Part shown: positions 1 through 11,817 of the stretch, piece after piece
Layout of the letters: each line of letters opens with the position of its first letter
How positions within the stretch are numbered: the first letter of the stretch is position 1
DNA from: Pseudogymnoascus verrucosus
Lineage: Eukaryota
Strand: one strand, 5' to 3'
Assembly (NCBI GenBank): GCA_001662655.1
Contig: KV460245.1
DNA length: 45,753 bases
The notes under the pieces: model-generated
Seen by the model: only the letters and a program-made list of their open reading frames with translations
What the model was told of the DNA's origin: nothing
The model's database searches: none
Position numbers and translations under genes: made by a program

Positions 1-34
1 TAAAATATATATCTAATCACGTGGAGAAACTCAC

Positions 35-310
35 TCCGAGAGAGGCATCGCTCACGCCCATGACCAGGAAGGCCAGGAGAGTCTGAAGGTAACGAGTGAT
101 ATTTGTGGATGAGGAATTCCATCTTTCCCGAGCAGGTTCAGCATCTTGATCGTGATCTTGTGGTTGCGCCGTTGAAATGGACGTGGCCGCCTCCTTTTCT
201 ATGTTGGCCATTTTCTCGTCAATGCTGTCAGGCGCTGGCGTGGTTAGAGAGGGGGGCGAGGAAGTGCCAAGCTCTCCCGCTGTTGGTGGGGAAGGATCCA
301 TCGACTTCAT
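35..310 (-). CDS. First exon of a BSC6-like MFS transporter (gene continues beyond the left edge)
   Basis: ATG at 310. Translation ends RERWNSSSTNITRYLQTLLAFLVMGVSDASLG, resembling the WN..N..R..F..G.NDAS.G first-helix motif of fungal BSC6-type MFS proteins. GTGAGT donor at 34-29. Confidence 0.65.
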
Positions 311-1218
311 CTTTTTACGGAGCCCAACAGCGCTTCAAAAATAAAAATATAGACAAAGATGAAATTGAGGAGGATAAAGGAAAGGAAGGGAGACTGATAT
401 AAGAAAATCCGGACATAGGAACGGGCTTCAAGTGAGAAAGCTTGTTGGGTACTGGCTTACTCTTTGTGTGATTTGTGTGGTCTAGATGGGAGGGAATAAT
501 CATAGCTCCTCTTAGCCTTCCCATGGCCGCCGGGGTTCAACCGAGCTTTTTTTGATCTCGGACCAGAACCGACGAGTATTTACGCCGAGTATTTATGACG
601 GATGGAAGGGTGTACTCCGTACAGGGTAAGCGTATACTATATCCGTATGCGATTTAATGCCCAGGATGCGATGTATGTGATGAATGTCATGTATGATACT
701 ACTCGTAGAATAGTGTGATGCCGGCGCATTGAGGCAAATCGCTGCTCCCCGCTTTGTACGTACAGCATGAAGAATTTGTTGCTCCTGACCTCGAACAACG
801 TTGTCGTCTATTCCCATCAAAGGATGTTTTGCCGATGTCTCGCCGTCTCGTCCACGTTTCCGCGAGTCAGCATCCGGCCCGTCACTCCGCAGAATGTCTT
901 GGTATTCTCGTGCCACCGGGATCTCCATAACCATTCGTCGTATGTTATTGTGATGAACTGCCGTAGTACTATATCGACTCAAGCGCATGTCCACACCATT
1001 CTATTAAGGGTATGTTTCGTTCTGGGACTTTTGTGGCGATCCCGGTGGTGTGCACCATCAGTGCAAGCTTGTTCGATCTCTAACCTTGCTAGTGCTTCTT
1101 GGAGCCAACAAAATAAAGCCACGGCGGCGCTGTGACTACAAAGCGAACATTAGGCACATTAGGCACATTCACGTCCTTGTAGAGTACTGTACTGTAGTTC
1201 AAGCATTTCTTCATTGTT

Positions 1219-4200
1219 TCAAGATGACCGAGCCTTCTGGTCCAACTCATCTGCTAACCTCAATAGATAGAACTTTCGAGTGTCAGGTGGTAGGCTTTCA
1301 AACGTGTTGCTGAGCTTGGTGATATCCTGTCTTCCCTTTTCATACGCCTGCAAGTCCCTGTTTCCATATACGTCCTTCCCCGCAGCGTACCCGTGCTGTA
1401 GACCTCTGAAGAAGACATTGACGGAAACACTTACTCCGTCCAATGGCTTCGCAGTGTGTAACCAAAGCGACGGCAGGAATAGTACATCGCCTGCGTTCAT
1501 ATTTGCTTCGTGCGGATGGCTTGGGGCTGCCTTGGTACCAGTTAAATCCCCAAAGGCATCTACGCTGGAGCTAGATGCCCCGGGCGCGAAATCAAAATAC
1601 TCCACGTCGCCCGGAGGGAAGAGCAGAAGTCGTTTTTGGCCTCGAATTTGACAAAGAACGTTGGACATAACATCATAGTGAAGCCACATCGTGACCGGGC
1701 CCGAGATCCTCAGAGGTGAACTGTGCTTGTTCTCCTCAACCACAAGAAGCTCCGGTGGGAGATGGAAGTCTCCCGCTATTTCTGGGAAGTCTCGAGATAT
1801 ATCGGCAGGCAACTCTGATGGCTTGCCAATTGCCAATGATCGTAGATATAGCTTTTCGCCTTTGTCGATGGATTCGATGAAGTTGCCGAAGTCCTTCGTT
1901 ACATATTGAAAGTTTTTTGATACGAAGTCCATGCGGTCCTCGTTGGCTTGGTGAACGGTTACCTGCATAAGTTAGAAAGCTTGAATTCTGGGAAAGGAAA
2001 TGACTTGCATCTCGATGTTGACCGATACGGTCTAGAAGGTATGAATTTGTCCAGAGATCCGTACATGAGCCTATGTCGAGGCCCTCCAGAATTATTGGCT
2101 CCCCCGAAGACAAAATAGCCGCGAAATCGGTCCACGATGAAATCTTCTTCCGCGCGATGGTAATAGGCTCTCTAGGCTTCTGATTCTCAAGCGGTGAAGG
2201 CCGCAATGAGCTCTTGGGGGGTTGGCTCGACTCGGAATCAACAGTATTCAAATAACTCCAAGGCTCAGAACTACCAGTGACCTGCTTATCTGGCCCTTGA
2301 AAATTGCCACCATCATCTTCAGCAGGTAGGATGGTGTAACAGCCTTTGTTCCAAAATGTACCAAATGAGAAACATACAGCTCCTCCACCCATGATCAACA
2401 AGCTCCTGCCGGACGTTGCAATGGAGTGGCCGATTAATAGGGGCCTTGTGTCGCATCGTTCTATATTCGTTAGATTTGTCTTAATTCGTCCTGCTTCGGA
2501 TTCAATATCGAGAGCAACTATTTCCGCGTGTTCTGGGATCAGGTTGGCAGTCATGATACCACCAACCACCAAGGATTTTCCATCATAGTTTGCCCAGCAT
2601 GCGCCAAATCGGTGTAAATATAGGTTCTCCTCCCCGGCAGCTTTGTCGTTGCAGGTCCATGTTATTGACGGCTCTTGTGGATATCTCTATGACAAACGTT
2701 AGCTTCTCTCAGTGTAGTTTGGGAGGAATATATTACATGAAGCTCCCAGGACCAGAGATCCGTCGAGACTCGTCCGTCGGTTAACATTCCGCCAACAAGG
2801 AAGCCACTCGTCGTCGAGGTTGTGGAGATAACATCAGAGATCATCAGTGCGCCGAATACCTGTGGTTTACCATCCTGATCTAGGAGACACTCAGTCCAGC
2901 CTGTTTGACGGTTCCAAAGAAAAGTGTCACTCAGTACAGTCTTTGAATCCTTCTTTCCACCTGTCACAAGCACCGAGCCATCGCCCAGGGCAAATGCGGA
3001 GTGCCTGTATCTGGCTACTGGAATGTCATCAACACGTTCCCACGTATGAGATAGTTTCGAGTATAGCCAGCAGTCCGCGAAAGCCTTGTCTGGCGACGAC
3101 CGTCCACCCACAAGCAGCGAACCACAATCTCCAATCTCTGTCAGAGTATGGCACATGCGGGTTTCGGGCTTTACACGTAGCGTAGGACCCGGAGGAGACG
3201 ATCCGCCTTGCGATGCGCTTGTGAAGATATCAATTGAACCCAGTCGATTGTTCACCCCCATACCACCGAAATTGCCTTTTAAGTCTGGGCAACCATTGTC
3301 ACCCTTGACAGATAATGACGCTCCAAACCTCCTTATCCCGTTTAACTTTGCGGACTCAGTGTATTCCATTTTCCCTTTCAGTGACACTGATTCAGAGTTC
3401 GTTTTTTCAGGAGAGGCGGCAGCTGTTTCCGTGCTCTGAGGCTGGGTTGTGGACAAGTGCACATTAGACGCCTCAAGAAGCGTGTAGTGGCACCCAAAAA
3501 GGGCAAATTCTTCCCACTCATCAAAGGGCTCAACTTCATCCAGGTGTATACGCTCTTCGGAAGAAAGGAAGTCTGAAGAACCCCAAAGTTCCCATAAATT
3601 CCGAGCACGCACATCTGCCCACCCGGCTTTTTTTAGTCGATTCTCCTGATCTTGTGTGGTTGGATATGCCAAAACAGGCCTCAGTGGCGTTTGAAGTTTG
3701 TCAAAATGCGCTAACATGGTTTTTCCAAATGGATGGCGTGGTCCGTTAGGGAGTAATTGCTCCAGGAGGCAAAATCGGGCTACGGAGTCAGCAGGTTGTC
3801 GGCTGTATATTTCGGACGGAAGACTAACAGTAGGGGAGTGATCCAATCCATCTGATCAGGGCATCAGATGTTGCAACATCCATATATGCAATCGAAACCT
3901 CTGCAGTGCAGAATACGACGCTGTTACTCAAGTCAAACTCCGAAGAGAAGAACTTCTCGAGCTTTGTGAGATCTCGCAAGTCACAGCCAACCTGCAGATA
4001 CTGTTCGCTTCGTAGTAGAATATCACCATCTTCAGGATATTCCACGTTCTTCAAGATACTATTCAGCTCGCTCGTTTGCTGTACCATATCTCTCTTCCTG
4101 AGAATCAAATCCCTATAGTCGATATCCACAAATGTCACATCTCGTGATGCTTCCGGATATCTCGCCCAGGATTGCCACGGAAGAGGGTCACTATTATTTA

Positions 4201-4626
4201 TCAGTGCGTGGCCAGTGAAATACCCCTTAATTATAATTCCCACTTACTATCCACAGCCTAAATTGACGATAATCTTCTTCTTCCCCGTCGCCTCCTTTAA
4301 AAACTGGCTGGCCACGTGATCTATCGCTTTCATGCGCAACCAATAGCCTCTATTGATGAGGGGTGCTCGTCTTTGAGGCTTTTTGACGAAGTAGCGGAAG
4401 AAATGTGGCTCATTTGGGTAGTATAGACGCTCAACACTGCGCTTGGAGACGATACTGCTGTTGTTGGTCTGTGATATCTATCAGAGCTTTGTCCATAAAA
4501 AAATGTGGAGGAAGATATAATAAGAATTTTACCACTTACCCCCATAATCGAGTCATCCTGCTTCGATGCCTTGGGCCGAAGCCGTCCACCACCCTTCATC
4601 GGGTGAGACTTAATAGAGATAGACAT
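1219..4626 (-). CDS. PPM2: tRNA wybutosine-synthesizing protein 4 (LCMT2/PPM2): leucine carboxyl methyltransferase + Kelch + C-terminal JmjC. Exons 4626-4540, 4468-4248, 4190-3829, 3779-2737, 2686-2009, 1962-1219
   Basis: Spliced translation gives [55 protein letters not shown] and [16 protein letters not shown] (LCM domain), Kelch-like repeats ([16 protein letters not shown]) and JmjC ([16 protein letters not shown]). Five introns keep the frame. Confidence 0.92.
1963..2008 (-). other. Non-canonical GC-AG intron (46 nt) in PPM2/TYW4
   Basis: CGAGAT|GCAAGT...TTCTAACTTATGCAG|GTAACC. Its removal joins ORF 1736..2572 to the JmjC ORF 1219..1968 in frame. Confidence 0.8.
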
Positions 4627-5261
4627 CAAATGTTTTACGATTTATGCCCCTCGTTTGTACGTACGTGGGGTAATTTTTGTACTTTCTGAAGCGTTGATGG
4701 AGGGCCTGAATAAGGTGTGGACCGTGCGTTGCCAGTCAGCCTTCCGTGCACATGGAGTTTCCTCTGGACGACGATCAACTCTTGATTCACTACTTATTAT
4801 GCCATTATATACAGATAATTTACATATTTTGTATAAAGAGGTTCTATATTTCCGTGATTCATCAAGAAAATCCCTACTAGTAGCGTTGTCCTGTTAGTCT
4901 GGTCCCTGAAATACCCTAGAAGACCTTCAACTGCTGCTGTAAGCAGTGACGATGTGAGTGACCTAGCTCAAGGTGGAGGGAGCAAAGGCGGGCCGTTGCA
5001 CCACATCACCAACAAGGAAAGAGGCACCAGCCAGCTCTTTGACAGCCACAGGGCACCTCGACCTCGGATTCCACGGGCAACGACTCGGATCTCTAGGCGT
5101 CCAAGACATATTTATCTGCCCAATCCTCGAGCCACTTGTTCTCTCCAACTACAAGACTCGTCCTGGTCGCCGGCAACAAGAGCATTGTTCCGCGCAGGCA
5201 CTTGCGCCGCTACCCACCTCACAGCTCAACCCTCGAGTAGTGGTGAGATAACCACAATAAG

Positions 5262-6714
5262 ATGGCGATGAATTTCGTTACTTTCAACCAGGATTATAGT
5301 CGTCTTGCTATTGGTAGGGCAGGTCCGGCTCCCCGCAGGTGCAGGTGGCTGATGCTTTGTCGATAGGTACTTCGAAGGGATTCCGAATCTACCATAGCGA
5401 CCCCGAGTTCCGACCTGCTTTTAAGAGCGATGAAGATAATGTCTCGATTATTGAGATGATGTTCTCGACTTCCCTTGTCGCCCTTGTTTTATCTCCGCGG
5501 CGCCTGGTGATACGGAATACAAAAGTCAGTGAGCGCAAATCTTCTTCAACTCCCCAGCGTGGAAGCTTGAGCTAACCAACCATAACCAGAGATCCTCGAC
5601 TATCTGTGAACTCACGTTCCCCTCCGCCGTCCTCGCAGTACGACTAAATCGAAAGCGACTCGTCGTAGTACTCGAGGAAGAAATATACCTCTACGACATC
5701 CTCAACATGAACCTCCTCTACACCATCTCAACCTCCCCGAACCCCCACGCACTATGCGCCCTCTCCCCCTCCTCCGACAACTGCTTCCTCGCCTACCCCC
5801 TCCCCAAAGCGCGCGACGAGCCCGGAGAAAAGCGCCCCGCCCACGCCCCTCCAACCTCCAAATTCGTCCCCCCGATCTCAGGCGAAGTCCTCCTATTCGA
5901 CACCCTCACCCTCAAAAACATCAACGTCGTCGAAGCCCACCGCGCGCCCCTCTCCTGCATCGCCCTCAACAACGACGGCACGCGCCTCGCCACCGCTTCC
6001 GAGACAGGTACGATCATCCGCGTCTTCTCCGTTCCGAGTGGGGACAAGCTGTACCAGTTCCGCCGGGGTTCCTACCCCTCCACGATTTACAGCATGTCGT
6101 TCAACACCTCCTCCACCCTCCTCTGCGTCTCCTCAACCACAGACACAGTCCACATCTTCCGCCTCACCTCCCCCTCCAGCCGCCCTACCTCCCCCGGCTC
6201 CCCAGGCGGCGAACGCATGTCCCGCGGCCGCAGCCACGACAGCGCCACATCCTCCGGCACATCCCCCGGCTCCGAAGTCCGCACCACGCTCCCAACCCGC
6301 AAATCCAGTGGAACTCTCGGCTCCATGTTCCGCCGCACGTCTCAGCTGATGGGGAAGAATGTCGTGGGCGCCATGGGCGGCTACCTGCCTAAGGGTGTGA
6401 CGGAGATGTGGGAGCCGGCGCGGGATTTTGCGTTTATCAAGATCCCGAAGAGCTCGTTGGGGGAGAGTGGGAATGGGCAGATGAGGAGCGTGGTGGCGAT
6501 GAGTAGTAATTTTCCGCAGGTTATGGTGGTGACGAGTGATGGGGGGTTTTATGTATTTAATATTGATATGGAGGAAGGGGGGGAGGGGGTGTTGGTGAAG
6601 CAGTATTCGTAAGTTATGCCTGGGTGGACACGCAGCGTTGGGGTTTTTGCTAACTTAATTCACAGAGTACTTCAGACGGAGGATAAGTTCGAGCAGGGTG
6701 TGCTTGATGGCTGA
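5262..6714 (+). CDS. ATG18: Autophagy-related protein 18 (PROPPIN WD40). Exons 5262-5313, 5367-5524, 5590-6608, 6666-6714
   Basis: [66 protein letters not shown] and the phosphoinositide-binding FRRG motif. Three GT-AG introns. Confidence 0.95.
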
Positions 6715-7179
6715 ATTTATGGGAGGGAGTTTGGTGGGTTGGAGATATTGCTAGATCTGAGAATCCTGGAGGCTAATTCCAAGCGATGAGGGTATACAGC
6801 GCGTTTCTATTGCGCTGTTTGGTACTGGGTGGGTGGCTGGCTGGGAATTGCGATAGCTTATATACGTTGTTCAGTGTTAGGTAGGCTGATATGGTTGAGT
6901 TAATTATAATATCTCTGCCTGGCAGCTTTATCACATTCATGTCTTATTAGGCCACGGTTATGGTCGGTCACCGTACGCAAGGTAGATTACACGTAAACAG
7001 TTTTAAGTTAAAATTGCTCTATAAATTTAATGTTCATTATTTGCATGACCTAATGTCAATGATTTTCAACGTCGATCAACAACATGATCGTGACACACCA
7101 GCTAGCATAGCGCGTCAAACTCCCAAGCAGCAAAGATTAGATTACAGCCCCCTCCCACCAATGCCTCCCCTTGGCCCCC

Positions 7180-9242
7180 TTACATCTGCACCTCAACACG
7201 GCCCTCCGAGCCCGGCGCGCCCGACTGGAGCGTAGGGAGGAGGTAAGTGATATCATCCCAAGGATGTCTGTACAGGCCAGTACGCAGCCTCTTCTGATCG
7301 AGATAATGGGCGATGAGACCGATCGAGCGACCAAGGACGAAGAGTCCGTTCAGGACACCCATCTTGAGGTAATCCTCCGCCTCCTCGGCGCTGAAGGCAC
7401 CGCAGTTGCGCATCAGGTCGACGAAGCAGACGGCCACGGCACCGTCGACGTTGAGGATCAGGTTGTCCTTCTTGGAGGTGGTGACGGACTCGACGGCGAG
7501 GGCGTAGTCGAGCATCTTGCAGCTGGGGAAGCGCTTCTTGACGAACTCCTTGACGAGCTCGACGCGGAGATCGGGGTTGTTGCGCGACTTCACCTTGTGC
7601 CCGATGCCGGGGATGAGCTTGTTCTGCTTGCGCATGCTGTCGACGAAGTCACGTGGGCTGAGACCCTTGTCGTAGGCGCGGGTGAACTCCTCGGCGGCGC
7701 CGTCGAGGGCACCTCCGAAGCGGGAGCCGATGGTGAGGAGACCGGAGACGAGGGCGGAGATGAGATCCTTGCCGGCACGGGTGGTGATGATGGTGTTCAT
7801 GGCACCGGAGACGGCGGGGCCGTGATCGGCCGTAAGCATGAGAACCATCTCGAGGAACTTGCTGGCGTAGTCTGGGAGACGGCGACGGAACCAGAGGAGG
7901 GACATGACACCGCCGATTCCGATATCCTCTCTGAAGACATCCGAGATGGGCATTCCGGCGTACAGAAGCTCTTGGCCACGGTCATCGGAGATGGTGGAGA
8001 TGAAGGCAGCGGGCTTTCTGATCAGGCCAAGCTCTTGCGCCCACGAGTAATCGAGAGGGATCTTGGGCACGATTGGCTCAGCCTTTGGCTTGATGCTGCC
8101 GGCCTTGACAAGGGTCTGGTAAACCTGGCTGAGGAGAGCGGGCATATCCTCGAAGGTCTCCGGGACGTGGAAGCCGGCCTCCTTCATGGCCTTGTTCTTG
8201 TTGGCAGCGGTCTCGAGCTGCGAGTTGGCGAACGATCCAGCGTGTCCGAACTGAACCTCGGTCTTGAACATGCTCGCGCAGGTTCCGATCGCCCAGGCAA
8301 CAATTGGCTTGGTGATGGTTCCGTCCTGGACGGCCTCGATGACGCGGTACTCTTCGATTCCACCAACCTCACCCAGCAATAAGAGGATCTTGCAGTCTGG
8401 GTCGGCTTGGTATCTGAGGAGATGGTCGATAAATGTGGTACCGGGGTATCTGTCACCACCAATGGCAACACCCTCGTAGACACCATCGGTTGTGTTACAG
8501 ATGATGTTGTTCAACTCGTTGGACATACCTCCGGACTTGGAGACGTATCCGACGGAGCCAGGGCGGTAGAGCTTGGATGCAACGATGTTGTCCATCATGC
8601 CACCAGTGTTACCGATCTTGAATGCTCCGGGCTTGATTCCACCAACAGTGGCCGGGCCAATGATGGTGATACCCTTCTTCTTCGCAACGTGTAGAATCTC
8701 GCGTGCGCGCTGTTACAATTAGCTCATGTCGTGTGATTGTCGATTTTTGGGACTCTGCTTACTCTCTCTGGGACACCCTCGGCGATAATGGCAATCGACC
8801 TAATTTGAGGGTACTCCATGAGCTCCATGGTGGACTGGTACACACTGCGCGACGAAGCAAAGTTGACAACGGTATCGACGTCAGAGTGCTTGGCCATGGC
8901 CTTGTCTACGCTCTGGTAAACTGGGAGGAGGGTCTCGCTGGTTCCCCAGTACATCTTGCTGACGAACTGCCCACCGAAAGTGTAGATGATACCCGCAACG
9001 GATGGTGTGGAACGCTTGCAGATGAAGTCGAAATCGAGCATGCCCTGGACGGCTCTTGGCTGGAGACCGTACACGAAGCATCGCGTCTTGTTGTGGAAGA
9101 GAGCGTGCTCAGCACGAGGGCTCAAAGGTCGGCTGGGAGCAGCAAAGCGGCGGATGTTGTCGTTGGCATTGCCAGCGCCCGGTCCGGTCGCGGGGGACGC
9201 AGAACCAGCACCGGTTGTGCCACTTGGGATAGCGGAAGGCAT
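7180..9242 (-). CDS. ACL1: ATP-citrate lyase large subunit. Exons 9242-8763, 8709-7180
   Basis: [37 protein letters not shown], phospho-His motif [16 protein letters not shown]. 53-nt intron GTAAGC...GCTAAT...CAG. Confidence 0.97.
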
Positions 9243-9260
9243 GGCGGGAGGTTCGGGGTT

Positions 9261-9367
9261 CTGGAGAGAATTGAGGGTTAGAAAGTGGACAATTGATTGT
9301 TGTGAGAGAAAGGTCGAGGGAGGGGGGTTTGTGGTGAGGATGAAGGGGTGGGTGTTCAAGTACTCAC
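9261..9367 (-). other. Putative 5'UTR intron of ACL1
   Basis: GTGAGT donor at 9367, CTAAC branch near 9281-9277, CAG acceptor at 9261, 18 nt before the ATG. Confidence 0.65.
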
Positions 9368-9948
9368 AAGAAATGGTTGGGGAAAGGAGCTTCAACAATG
9401 AGCTTCGTGAGCGATTGGTGTGCGACAGGAATTGAGGATTGTAATTATCGTGGATATGGGGAGGAGGAAGGTGATGATGGAAAAAGGAGGAGGATGAGGA
9501 ATTGGGAAGGATTAGAAGGTGAGTAGCAAAAGGAGAGAGGAGGAGAGTTTGTGTGTTTGGATCGGGGGGTTGAGGAGGTGCCAGAACTTTTTCTTGGGCG
9601 AGAGCTTTTTGGAGATTGAGACGGGTTGGTGGTGGTGGTGGTGGTGGCAGCTTGTACTGTAGGTGTCTTGGCCCCCCCTGGTATTGTGGTGGGCTGTAGG
9701 CGGTGGGTAGGGCGGTGGGTAAGGCGGTGGAGGGATGGTTGTTGGGTTGACAATGTACTGTTTTTGTGAAGAATGTACAATGTTGTTGCTGTAGCGTACC
9801 GTAGAGTCGGTTGCGTAGTTGTAGATGTTGTAGATGTTGTAGATGCGATGTACTGTAATGTACGGTGGGGTGCTGAGGCGTACTGTGGGGTGGAGATGGT
9901 GGAGCTTGGTGTAGGATGGGTGTTTTGAGTGTTCGATGATGCGCTGTA

Positions 9949-10008
9949 GGTGTGCTGTAGGGTGTGCTGTAGGGTGTGCTGTAGGGTGTGCTGTAGGTTG
10001 TGCTGTAG
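9949..10008. repeat. Tandem repeat, 5 x 12 bp (GGTGTGCTGTAG)
   Basis: Four exact copies and one single-mismatch copy read directly. Confidence 0.9.
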
Positions 10009-10049
10009 GGTGTTGTCGAGTGCTGTCGAGTACCGTAGCTGCAGCGCAA

Positions 10050-10150
10050 TAAGCGTCCGATAAGCACCGATAAGCAGCAATAAGCAGCTATAAGCAGCTA
10101 TAAGCAGCTATAATCAGCTATAAGCACCCCGTAATCCCCATAAGCAACAG
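10050..10150. repeat. Degenerate 10-bp tandem array (TAAGCAGCTA)
   Basis: TAAGC recurs about every 10 nt. Three exact copies at 10081-10110. Confidence 0.85.
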
Positions 10151-10761
10151 CAGTGATAGCACCAGTAATAGCACCATAATAGCAGTATATTGGCAGCAGT
10201 CATCCCCAATAAGCACCAGTAATCCCACGGCACAACCGTATAGAATGTACCGTACAGTACAGGACAATACACTCTATACGGGGGAATAACTACCCCGTGT
10301 TGAAGTTGTGCTGTGTGTACTTTTGGCGGGCCGTATGCACGGTGGGGTACATCCCCCCGAACCCCAAAGTAGTGCGTGGTAGCGTGGGCGGACAATAAGG
10401 TCGTCGGTGTCCGATGGGGTCGATTCCTCGATGGATGGGCGATGGTTGGGACGGACCTTGCATGGTGGGATGGGCGGTGGGATTGGCGGTGGGCGGGTGG
10501 AAGGCGGCGTTTGGCGGTGGATGAGGGCCCAGGTTGGTGTAGGTTGGGTTTTGGATGGGGTTCATTGGGAGACTATCCCTGTCCCGTTGAGTTCCGTTCA
10601 TCGCTCTCTCAACTCCCTCTCACTCCTTTTCTTCTCCCGCCATTTTGTCACCGTCTCCCCATTCCGCCCCACCCCAACCCCCGGGCCATTCCTCATTGGT
10701 CGTTTTAGCTCCTCGCTTGGGCCTCTGTTGGCTCCGTGTTGAACCCCGATGTGCGCTAACT

Positions 10762-10795
10762 GGCCACCACGGCCACCACGGCCACTACGGCCACG
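10762..10795. repeat. 9-bp tandem repeat (GGCCACCAC), about 3.5 copies
   Basis: ggccaccac ggccaccac ggccactac ggccacg read directly. Confidence 0.8.
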
Positions 10796-11503
10796 CACAG
10801 CAACCTTTTTGTCCCCCCGAACAAGGTCCCCACCTTCCCCCACCATGCCACTCACCATTCGATAGCTGGAGAGACGGTGAGGAGTCGAAGAGGAGTCCAG
10901 AGACGAGTCTAGAGATAGGGACAGAGTGCCGTGATCCACCAAACTGGGCTGAGGGGACACGACAACACCTCCAAAGGAAGCAAAAAGAAATAAACTGAAT
11001 AAATCGAACAAATTGGGTAATAGGAGTAAGAAAAATAGGAGTACCAGCGTGAAATAAGAGAAGATGGGATAAAAAGTGTACAACTCCAAATAGAGAGAGA
11101 GGGTGTGAGAGAACTTACCGCCTTGAGATGCACAAAATCCCCAATACCAAATACCTTGAACATGTACCCCCGATGTACTTCAACCACTGTGCTGTGCTGT
11201 ACTGTACCCGTTGCTGTAGGCTTATACTGTAGCTTGATGTGTGTGAACCGCCAACCCGCCAAACCCACACCCATCAACAATTTATTTTGTTCCTCTTCGG
11301 TCACCACAACACAACCCACCAGCTTCCACACCCTCCCTCTCGTCTCCCACAATTCCACCACTGCTCCTCTTCCCTCTTCCCTTTCCATCTCTCAATCTCC
11401 TCACGCCCTCTCAATAAACCCATATCAACTGAATTGTTGTCTCTTCCGCTGCACAAGTACAATTCTTCGTAGCTGTCGCTTGATCGCAAGTTTCCAATTT
11501 TTG

Positions 11504-11793
11504 GTGAGTTTACCTCGAGAGCTTGCGAGCTCGTCCCCCCCGCTGCTGCTGTTGCCCTCAACGTCGAGGACTCGTGATTCCACCCAAACGTCGTGTGACC
11601 TATGTTTTCGGACTGTCGCTATGATTGGGGTACCACCGGGCGCAAAGCAAGCTCTTCTGCCCCGGTCGGCACTGTCGTTGTCGTCGTGCCTGTTGCCATA
11701 AGACCTTGGGGATCCAATCCACCGACGACTGTTGAAATGCTCGCGGATGTGCCAATTGTCAAGCCGTGACAGAGAGACTAACCAGCTGCACAG
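11504..11793 (+). other. Putative 5'UTR intron of ACL2 (290 nt)
   Basis: TTG|GTGAGT donor at 11504, ACTAAC branch near 11777, CAG acceptor at 11793, 24 nt before the ATG. Confidence 0.65.
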
Positions 11794-11817
11794 TCTCCGA
11801 TTCCGACATAACCCACA

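Noticed and set aside
521..552. GGTTCAACC followed by T6, resembling a Pol III B-box and terminator
   Set aside because: No cloverleaf or matching A-box, and the B-box is imperfect.
593..1135. ORFs between the MFS gene and PPM2
   Set aside because: No motifs or splice support. The region is consistent with 3'UTR and promoter DNA.
7171..8382. 403-aa + strand ORF antisense to ACL1 (and 12727..13689 antisense to ACL2)
   Set aside because: Shadow ORFs expected from strong codon bias in highly expressed genes. No recognisable motifs.
9243..10067. Long in-frame N-terminal extension of ACL1 in the ORF track
   Set aside because: Starts at GTG with no ATG, runs through tandem repeats and a likely UTR intron, and is low-complexity.
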